This document shows, one piece after another, positions 57,459-64,000 of a DNA stretch of 64,000 bases. Source of the stretch: a virus; the IMG/VR virus record IMGVR_UViG_3300027708_000021; one strand, written 5' to 3'. Numbering within the stretch: the stretch's first letter is position 1; every line of letters starts with the position of its first letter. The notes below the pieces were generated by a model. It had not been told where the DNA came from. It did no database searches and worked only from the letters and a program-made list of their open reading frames with translations. A program made the translations under genes and the position numbers.

Positions 57459-57485
57459 TTTTAAAGTTTACTTTAAAATATCAAG

Positions 57486-57508
57486 AAAGCACCGCAAGGT
57501 GCTTTTTT
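57486..57508 (+). terminator. Rho-independent terminator
   Basis: AAAGCACC-GCAA-GGTGCTTT followed by Ts. Confidence 0.85.
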
Positions 57509-57608
57509 GTTGACTGGATTTTCTAAACATAAGTAAACATGCTCGTGTAGCAATCTTGTCCTGCATAGGGCGGGACTTGAACGACACACACATACACAGG
57601 AGAAAAAC

Positions 57609-57836
57609 ATGAGCAAAACACCTTACGAGATCCGTCTCGAACTTCTCAAAATGGCTAACGAGATTCTCGCAACGCCAGTCTTCCAAACACGCCAAGCATT
57701 AAGCGAAGAATACCATTCCAAGCTAAACGATGCTAATCGTGGTACGCTTCCTTATCCAACCATGCCAGACTTTCCGTCCAGCACGGATATTGTTAGCAAG
57801 GCAGAAGAACTTAAAAAGTTTATAGACCAAGCGTAA
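57609..57836 (+). CDS. Small hypothetical protein
   Basis: AGGAG RBS; MSKTPYEIRLELLKMA. Confidence 0.75.
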   Translation: MSKTPYEIRLELLKMANEILATPVFQTRQALSEEYHSKLNDANRGTLPYPTMPDFPSSTDIVSKAEELKKFIDQA

Positions 57837-57840
57837 TTAA

Positions 57841-57863
57841 AAAGCCCCGAAAGGGGCTTTTTT
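57841..57863 (+). terminator. Rho-independent terminator
   Basis: AAAGCCCC-GAAA-GGGGCTTT followed by Ts. Confidence 0.85.
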
Positions 57864-57900
57864 GTTGGGCTGCTGATTATAGGTTAAATATACCTATATT

Positions 57901-58155
57901 ATGACAATCAATAAAATTACCGAAGTTACCATATTTGAAAGCCCCGATGGCGGTCGCACAGTTTACGCTCGACACCCTGGGAGTAGTACAAGAGAATTAT
58001 ATAGTCGCGATCCCAAATTAGTTGAAGAAGAAAATGAATTAAAACAACAAGAGCGTTGGCAATATATTTTAGCGGCTAGAAAAAACAATTCAGCAATAGA
58101 CAACCTTTGCGAACAAGCGGAAATTTTATATGAATTGTCCAAAAAGGCATTGTGA
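57901..58155 (+). CDS. Hypothetical protein
   Basis: IFESPDGGRTVYAR; TAAATA at 57885-57890. Confidence 0.7.
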   Translation: MTINKITEVTIFESPDGGRTVYARHPGSSTRELYSRDPKLVEEENELKQQERWQYILAARKNNSAIDNLCEQAEILYELSKKAL

Positions 58156-58562
58156 AATTTATTTGTAAAACCTTCTTTGATATTACAGCCACAGGTGTAA
58201 CAGGGCATTATAAATCTTCCCGAGTACCATTTCGAGATTTAAATGGTACTAATATCGAAAATGAAATATCATGGAATCGTGCTAGAAATCAACAGAGAAA
58301 TTGGGAGACTATAACTCAACTAATAAGTCTACGAACACAAATTTCAGAATTACAAAATCCTAAAAAAGATAAAAATACATGGAGTTTTGAATTTGAATCT
58401 GAGACTCCATATGCGTTTGGCTCCCAAGAGAACCCTACAGAATTGTTATTATCTGACTCAGCAGGTGTTCCAATGCTAGTAGGATTAGGAAATATTAAAA
58501 ATTTAGCACCATTATTAGTTGTGTCGGGCACTGATCAAAATATATGGTTTGACATATTATAA
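58152..58562 (+). CDS. Hypothetical protein
   Basis: GTGA overlap; TFFDITATG, RNQQRNWET. Confidence 0.7.
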   Translation: MKFICKTFFDITATGVTGHYKSSRVPFRDLNGTNIENEISWNRARNQQRNWETITQLISLRTQISELQNPKKDKNTWSFEFESETPYAFGSQENPTELLLSDSAGVPMLVGLGNIKNLAPLLVVSGTDQNIWFDIL

Positions 58563-58592
58563 TAAATATATGATACTAAAATAGGATAGAAT

Positions 58593-58859
58593 ATGAGCGT
58601 CGAAGCCACTGAAATTGAAAAAAAGAGTCTAGAAGCTCATGTGGAGCTCTGCGCCGAACGCTACAATGCGTTGGAAGATAAAATGACAGCCATGGGTGAG
58701 AACATCTCACATCTTTGTGTCATGGTCCAGGATGTTAAAGCTAGTGTGAGTAAATTAAATGAAAAAAATACAGATAGACTTATCAGTTGGGGCATTGGTA
58801 TTATTGGTTGTTTAGGTGCTTCAACTGTCTACCTTATAACACACTACGTTCTCAAATGA
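58593..58859 (+). CDS. Coiled-coil protein with a C-terminal transmembrane helix
   Basis: LEAHVELCAERY...; hydrophobic C-terminus; TAAATA at 58563-58568. Confidence 0.7.
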   Translation: MSVEATEIEKKSLEAHVELCAERYNALEDKMTAMGENISHLCVMVQDVKASVSKLNEKNTDRLISWGIGIIGCLGASTVYLITHYVLK

Positions 58860-59356
58860 TTGACAATACCCAGGAACTCACCAAATTATTTCGTAAAGAA
58901 TTTCCAGATTTATCTGCTAATCTCATATGGAAAAATGATGCCGGCGAATACGAAGTATTTGAACGTTATGTAATATCTCCAGAAAAACATGGATATCGAG
59001 TATATTGTTCAGCTACAGATGTAGGGTTCTTTAGTACTACAAAAACAGCATTAAGCTGGTGTATAGCTGACAAATACACATATTATAATTTAGCCCGGGA
59101 TATACTGACATTAGACAATAAATTAAGCTCATTAGTTTCAGATATATCCACAAGAGCCAACCTAGCAGACCGTAGTAAACAGCCCTTATTTCGTGAAACT
59201 ATAGAAACCAAGCTAGAAACCAAGATTATACACAAAAAACAGGTGGAGCAGGAATTAACCAAATGCGTCAATTATGCTAAATACTGTCAACAACGAGGAT
59301 TTAATAATGAAACTGTTCGAACTGGCCGCACCCAAGCCATCAAAGCAAGCCGCTAA
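58856..59356 (+). CDS. Hypothetical protein
   Basis: Start taken at the ATGA overlap (58856). Confidence 0.65.
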   Translation: MIDNTQELTKLFRKEFPDLSANLIWKNDAGEYEVFERYVISPEKHGYRVYCSATDVGFFSTTKTALSWCIADKYTYYNLARDILTLDNKLSSLVSDISTRANLADRSKQPLFRETIETKLETKIIHKKQVEQELTKCVNYAKYCQQRGFNNETVRTGRTQAIKASR

Positions 59357-60266
59357 GGTATTTGAGAGTTATTTCGGTGACTCTATTAATGTAGACGTTA
59401 TGTCCGCAAAACAAGCCCGTATGATGTTAAACAAAGTACGCAAGCTGGTAAACGAACATCGTCAAACATCAGCTTTTCATCACAGCGAAAAGAACCCAGC
59501 TTATTTGAAGTTGATGATGATGGAAAGAGTATTAACTACTAAAGTTAATGAAACTCCTACTGTGGCTGTTGGTTCAACTGCTGGCGCTGACCAAAATCAA
59601 AAAGATTCCACATCCGGTATGCCTCCAACTAATCCTACTGTAGCTGCCGGCGATGCTGCCAAGAAACAACAACAGCAAGCCCAAGTCAATACCATTAGTG
59701 ATCCTAAACTTAAATCTGCTATGCAAAAAGCTACGCAAGGTCAATCACTAAATCCAGCTGATCAACAATTGGTTGCTCAAGCTGCTCTACAAACAGAAAG
59801 CAAACAATTGAGACATAGTTTATATAAGATTCTTCGTGAATCAGAAGTACAACAAGCACAAGTTGTATTAGCCGCACAGGACATGGTAGACAATGTTCAA
59901 AAAATGAGCGAAGAAATTTCAAGTATGCAGTTTAAAGATTTGCCAGCACTATGCGATCAAATCAAAAATCAAATTGGTGTTGACCAAGCAATGCAGTTCA
60001 ACACAGATGCGACTGCCGCTCTTGCTGGACTGTTACAGAACCTACAAGGGGCTAGACAACAATTAGACCAAGCTCTTGGTGTTGTTACTGGTCAAGCTGC
60101 TCCTAGTATTCCTGGCCAAGAAGAAATGGATGCTGACCTAGGTGCTGAGATGGGTGCCGATGTTGGTGCTGATTTAGGTGTCGAGATGGGCGCCGAAGAA
60201 CTTCCACCAGAAGAACCAGAAGCTCCTGAAATGGGTGGCGCAGGCTTAGGTCGCGCTAAACGCTAA
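59307..60266 (+). CDS. Putative prohead core/scaffold-type protein
   Basis: GAGGA RBS; internal TAAATA at 59278-59283; MKLFE leader, LRE|SEV site, acidic GAxx repeat tail. Confidence 0.5.
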   Translation: MKLFELAAPKPSKQAAKVFESYFGDSINVDVMSAKQARMMLNKVRKLVNEHRQTSAFHHSEKNPAYLKLMMMERVLTTKVNETPTVAVGSTAGADQNQKDSTSGMPPTNPTVAAGDAAKKQQQQAQVNTISDPKLKSAMQKATQGQSLNPADQQLVAQAALQTESKQLRHSLYKILRESEVQQAQVVLAAQDMVDNVQKMSEEISSMQFKDLPALCDQIKNQIGVDQAMQFNTDATAALAGLLQNLQGARQQLDQALGVVTGQAAPSIPGQEEMDADLGAEMGADVGADLGVEMGAEELPPEEPEAPEMGGAGLGRAKR

Positions 60267-60620
60267 ATGTTAATCTTTGAAGTAGAAAATCCAGAAACCG
60301 TCGACTCCGGTAAGCTCATGTCATTGACTCAATTCCTTGCCGGCCGTGCCGGAGACACTGATTCAAAGAAACAAATTTCCACACAGGCATTTATTGATTT
60401 AGCACAAAGTCTCGGAGTTAATGTTACTACCGATACATTGGGTGATTTAATTGCCAAAGATCCTCTGAAGAATGTACTACTCCCATACGAACCAAATTCA
60501 GGGGTAGTTAAATTTAAAGGCAATGACGAGCCCGGTGAACAGCCAATGGACACTGATCAAGCAGAAAAAGTAGTAAGTTCAAACGCCAAAGCCGCTATGA
60601 AACGCGGATTATCTAAATAA
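60267..60620 (+). CDS. Putative head-associated protein
   Basis: MLIFE leader; abuts the upstream stop. Confidence 0.55.
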   Translation: MLIFEVENPETVDSGKLMSLTQFLAGRAGDTDSKKQISTQAFIDLAQSLGVNVTTDTLGDLIAKDPLKNVLLPYEPNSGVVKFKGNDEPGEQPMDTDQAEKVVSSNAKAAMKRGLSK

Positions 60621-60638
60621 ATCAATGCTATACAGTAG

Positions 60639-60667
60639 TTGACAAACAATTCGAAACTAAGTACAAT
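60639..60667 (+). promoter_or_regulatory. sigma70-type promoter for the exported protein-iscU-iscA genes
   Basis: TTGACA-17-TACAAT. Confidence 0.8.
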
Positions 60668-60696
60668 TAAGTTAGTATCATAAAAGGAGAGTCAAA

Positions 60697-60981
60697 ATGA
60701 AAAAGATTCTAGTAATAGTATTATTAGCATTATCAACCACTTCGATGGCGCACGGGTATCACGGCGGATATTATTATAATAATAATCAGTGGGTAGGCCC
60801 TGCGGTAGCTGGAGTAGTAATCGGCGGTTTGGCCGCAAGAGCATATTACACACCTCCTCCAGTTTATGTTCAGCAACCGCAGGTAATTTACATTCAGCAA
60901 TCTATTCCTCCTGGATATGTTCAACAACAGATTTTAGATGCTAATTGTAATTGTTATCGTACAGTACTGGTACCACAATAA
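60697..60981 (+). CDS. Small exported/membrane protein with a Pro-Val-Tyr-rich tail
   Basis: Signal peptide; hydrophobic PAVAGVVIGGLAA; PPPVYVQQP; AAGGAG RBS. Confidence 0.7.
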   Translation: MKKILVIVLLALSTTSMAHGYHGGYYYNNNQWVGPAVAGVVIGGLAARAYYTPPPVYVQQPQVIYIQQSIPPGYVQQQILDANCNCYRTVLVPQ

Positions 60982-61355
60982 TGGCTTACTCAGATAAGGT
61001 AATCGATCACTATGAAAATCCAAGAAATGTTGGTAAGATGGATGCCACTGATAGCAGTATCGGCACCGGTGTTGTCGGTGCACCTGCTTGCGGTGATGTC
61101 ATGCGTTTACAAATAAAGGTAGAAGATGGAATTATTACGGACGCCAAGTTCAAAACGTATGGCTGTGGGTCGGCGATCGCTTCGAGCTCACTTGTCACGG
61201 AGTGGGTCAAGGGCAAAACGCTGGAGCAGGCTGGATCAATTAAGAATGCTGAAATTGCAGAGGAACTCTGTCTCCCGCCGGTTAAGATTCATTGTTCAAT
61301 CCTTGCGGAAGACGCTATTAAGGCGGCAATAGAAGATTACATAAAAAAACAATGA
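60981..61355 (+). CDS. iscU: Fe-S cluster scaffold IscU
   Basis: MAYSDKVIDHYENPRNVG, GAPACGD, YGCGSAIASSS, LPPVKIHCS. Confidence 0.97.
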   Translation: MAYSDKVIDHYENPRNVGKMDATDSSIGTGVVGAPACGDVMRLQIKVEDGIITDAKFKTYGCGSAIASSSLVTEWVKGKTLEQAGSIKNAEIAEELCLPPVKIHCSILAEDAIKAAIEDYIKKQ

Positions 61356-61672
61356 TTACTGTTACAGATACAGCCGCTAAAAAAATTAAAACCAATATAG
61401 AAAAACGAGGCAAAGGCATTGCCGTCCGTATAGGTGTTAGAACCACCGGATGTTCGGGCCTTGCTTATATAATGGAATATGTAGACGAGCTTACTATCGA
61501 TGATATTTTGCTTTCAGATAATGGCGCTGTAATTGTAGTGGATCCAAAATCTTTACCTATGGTAGCTGGTATCACCGTAGATTATGTTAGACAAGGTCTT
61601 AACGAAGGTTTTGAATTTATCAACCCATTGGAAAAAGACCGTTGCGGATGCGGCGAGTCCTTTCGGATATAA
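61352..61672 (+). CDS. iscA: A-type Fe-S carrier IscA
   Basis: GVRTTGCSGLAY, NP...CGCGESF. Confidence 0.95.
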   Translation: MITVTDTAAKKIKTNIEKRGKGIAVRIGVRTTGCSGLAYIMEYVDELTIDDILLSDNGAVIVVDPKSLPMVAGITVDYVRQGLNEGFEFINPLEKDRCGCGESFRI

Positions 61673-61677
61673 CAAGG

Positions 61678-61706
61678 TTGACAACCTCATAGTAGGTTGC
61701 TATACT
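61678..61706 (+). promoter_or_regulatory. sigma70-type promoter
   Basis: TTGACA-17-TATACT with TGn; ATG 7 nt downstream. Confidence 0.8.
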
Positions 61707-61713
61707 AGATACA

Positions 61714-62427
61714 ATGTACAATCCAAAATTTGCGTATCACGAATTATCCCGCACAAGCGAAGAAGGTCGCCGCTTATATCTTACTCCAGATGGTAAAAAG
61801 GTTCCTAGTGTAACTACAATTCTTAGTGCCACTGAACCAAAAGAGAAAAAAGAAGCACTACAAAACTGGCGCAAGCGAGTTGGTGTAGACAAAGCTCAAG
61901 CAATTACTACAGAAGCCGCTAATCGTGGTACACGCATGCACACGTACCTAGAGCGTTATATTAAAGAAGGCGCCATGCCAGATAAAGGCTCAAACCCGTT
62001 TGGATGGGCAAGCCACGCTATGGCCGAAACTGTTATCCGAGATGGTCTTAAAAATGTTGATGAATTGTGGGGGGTAGAAATTCCATTATTTTTTCCTAGT
62101 TTATATGCGGGTACCACCGATGGGTGTGGCATTCACATGGGCGACGAAAGTATTATTGATTATAAACAAACTAATAAACCTAAAAAAGCTGAATGGATTC
62201 AAGATTATTATCTTCAGCTGGTAGCATACGCATTAGCGCATAATGAGGTTTACAAAACTAACATTCGCAAAGGCGTAGTGTTGATGTGTGTTAAACCTGA
62301 AACTGACTTAATGGGCAATTTGATTACAGACCCGCAATATCAAGAATTTACACTAGAACCCAGCGATTTTGACTACTGGGAGCAAGAGTGGTGGAAACGA
62401 TTGGAGCTCTACTACACGATTAGCTAA
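61714..62427 (+). CDS. PD-(D/E)XK exonuclease
   Basis: PSVTTIL, RGTRMH, YAGTTD, IIDYKQ, QLVAYA. Confidence 0.85.
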   Translation: MYNPKFAYHELSRTSEEGRRLYLTPDGKKVPSVTTILSATEPKEKKEALQNWRKRVGVDKAQAITTEAANRGTRMHTYLERYIKEGAMPDKGSNPFGWASHAMAETVIRDGLKNVDELWGVEIPLFFPSLYAGTTDGCGIHMGDESIIDYKQTNKPKKAEWIQDYYLQLVAYALAHNEVYKTNIRKGVVLMCVKPETDLMGNLITDPQYQEFTLEPSDFDYWEQEWWKRLELYYTIS

Positions 62428-62453
62428 ATACTGTATAATAAGGAATACAGTAA

Positions 62454-64000
62454 ATGGCTATTGTCCAAATCTCACAGATTACTAACCGCTTAGGTTTAAA
62501 CACAGATTTACCCCAATTAGCGGGTGCTGAATTAGGCTGGTCCACTGATACTCGTCAGCTTTACATCGGTAACGGTACTTTAGAGCAAGGCGCTCCTGTT
62601 ATCGGAAATACTGAAATTTTAACAGAATTTTCAGATATTTTAAATTTGGCAACGGCATATACCTATAAAGGGACGGCTGCAGGATATACTGTACAAACAG
62701 GTCCAGCACCTGGAACTCCAATTACATTAAGTTTACAGAATTGGCTCGATCAGTTTGCTACAGTAAAAGATTTTGGTGCTAAAGGCGATGGCCTAACCGA
62801 TGATACTGACGCAATTAATCGTGCGTTAAATCAGTTATATTGCCAACAAAATAATGTGCAAATTCGCCGTTCATTATTTTTTCCAGCTGGAAAATATATT
62901 GTAAGCGATACTATCGATATTCCTCCATATGCTACACTATATGGTGAAGGCCCAGAAAATTCTATTATACAAATGATCGATGGCGGTGCTGGAACTTGTG
63001 TAGCACAAACAGCAGATAGCTTGCAACAAACTGGTGTTAACATAGGTAGTGGCGGAGCAACTCCTCCCACCGACATTAATATTATTAACATGGCTTTTCA
63101 GAGTTTAGATGATTCAAAAAATATATTTTTAGTTGAATCAGCTACCAATTGCGAATTTCAAGGTGTAAGTTTTATAGGTCCTGGGACTACTAGTAGTTTA
63201 ATCAATGACGCTTTAAACACTAGTGGAGTGCTAGTTGGCAGTTCTATGTTAACTACTAATAATATTTTACTCAACGGCTGTAGATTTAATGGTACCACTT
63301 ATGGGGTCAGCTCTAACGACCAAATGAAAGGTGTAACCATTGCTAATTCTAATTTTAATATTTTATTCGAAGGGGTAGCATTAGGCACTGGAATTCTTAT
63401 TGGCAGTGGCCCAACCGGAACCCGCATTACAAATAATGTATTTGACAACATATACGATGCTGGTATTACTTTTGGGAACATTAGCCTTAATGCTACTGGT
63501 TATAATATTTTCTACGATGTTGGTAATCAGTTCAACGGAGTCGCAAACCCGTACTCGCCAGTAATTATATTTGACGGCAACAATAATGCTAGTATTGGTG
63601 ATATGTTTGAGCGTACAGATGCTTATGCTGAAATTCATCCAAGAGTTGATTTAAACGGGACACAAAGCATTGCTTCTACTAACGGTAGTCAATTACAATT
63701 AGGCGCTTATACTAGACAATCAGGAATAACCACTACACTATTAGATAACCAATCGTCGGCTCAGACAATCTTTACAGTAAGTCCTTTGACTTCTCGGGCG
63801 TTTGTTGTTAACTATACAATAATTCGTACCGAAGGTTATCGCACTGGTAGTTTAATTGTAACATCCATGGGGACTTCGACTACGGTTCAATACATGGATG
63901 ATTATGTTGAAAGTGAAATTACTGGTATTAATTTGAGTGTGATCCAAATTGCCGAAGGCGATGTTATGTCAATTCAATATACTTCAACATCGACAGGCGA
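62454..64000 (+). CDS. Tail fibre/tailspike with pectate-lyase-like beta-helix (3'-partial; not in the ORF track)
   Basis: MAIVQISQI...LPQLAGAELGWSTDTRQLYIG; VKDFGAKGDGLTDDTDAINRA; FFPAGKY; TAAATA at 62425-62430 and AGGA RBS. Confidence 0.85.
   Translation, partial: MAIVQISQITNRLGLNTDLPQLAGAELGWSTDTRQLYIGNGTLEQGAPVIGNTEILTEFSDILNLATAYTYKGTAAGYTVQTGPAPGTPITLSLQNWLDQFATVKDFGAKGDGLTDDTDAINRALNQLYCQQNNVQIRRSLFFPAGKYIVSDTIDIPPYATLYGEGPENSIIQMIDGGAGTCVAQTADSLQQTGVNIGSGGATPPTDINIINMAFQSLDDSKNIFLVESATNCEFQGVSFIGPGTTSSLINDALNTSGVLVGSSMLTTNNILLNGCRFNGTTYGVSSNDQMKGVTIANSNFNILFEGVALGTGILIGSGPTGTRITNNVFDNIYDAGITFGNISLNATGYNIFYDVGNQFNGVANPYSPVIIFDGNNNASIGDMFERTDAYAEIHPRVDLNGTQSIASTNGSQLQLGAYTRQSGITTTLLDNQSSAQTIFTVSPLTSRAFVVNYTIIRTEGYRTGSLIVTSMGTSTTVQYMDDYVESEITGINLSVIQIAEGDVMSIQYTSTSTG

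Noticed and set aside
60127-60200. 12-nt quasi-tandem repeat
   Set aside because: It only encodes a low-complexity acidic GAxx linker.
61714-62427. Cas4 as an Fe-S client of the adjacent IscU/IscA
   Set aside because: It lacks the four-Cys cluster motif and looks like an ordinary phage PD-(D/E)XK exonuclease.
1421-63638. Numerous short antisense or alternate-frame ORFs in the track (e.g. 20691-21095, 33587-33949, 52614-52997, 62831-63638)
   Set aside because: They are shadows of well-supported genes, with no RBS/promoter or recognisable motifs.
1-64000. Stop-codon reassignment, tRNA genes, introns or inteins in core genes
   Set aside because: Genes are intact in the standard code, and TAA, TAG and TGA all serve as stops. 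No cloverleaf was seen in the short intergenic gaps. Terminase, helicases and UvsX are of normal length.

Overview
This is a 64-kb segment of a large lytic myovirus with a T4-like core gene set, read in the standard genetic code. The host is probably a proteobacterium, judging from IscU/IscA and consensus sigma70 promoters. Positions 1-16.5 kb hold a giant RCC1-repeat protein (5'-truncated) and a one-propeller paralog. They are followed by a modification cassette: 2OG-oxygenase-like protein, sulfotransferase, FkbM methyltransferase, TPR-glycosyltransferase, GT4-MTase-GT2 fusion, APS-kinase/HIGH-nucleotidyltransferase fusion, DUF2061 and a Maf/DUF115-like protein. Positions 16.4-40.4 kb carry neck, tail and head genes (gp15/14/13/18/19/54/4-like, terminase) and a group of probable internal head proteins. 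Positions 40.6-53.6 kb carry replication and recombination genes (gp32, UvsX, UvsY, UvsW, gp62-like, a miniature DnaE-like protein, primase, helicase). Positions 53.6-64 kb contain more virion/head proteins, an NTase-ligase fusion, IscU/IscA, an exonuclease and a 3'-truncated pectate-lyase-fold tail protein. The most notable candidates are: (1) a phage-encoded virion glycosylation/sulfation system beside a nested, branched tree of RCC1 propellers; (2) capsid-targeted polyproteins that look like strings of short peptide modules separated by prohead-protease-type Glu sites; (3) a 195-aa C-family polymerase core; (4) widespread leaderless transcripts and start-occluding hairpins at late promoters. 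All family assignments come from motif recognition by eye; no searches were run.
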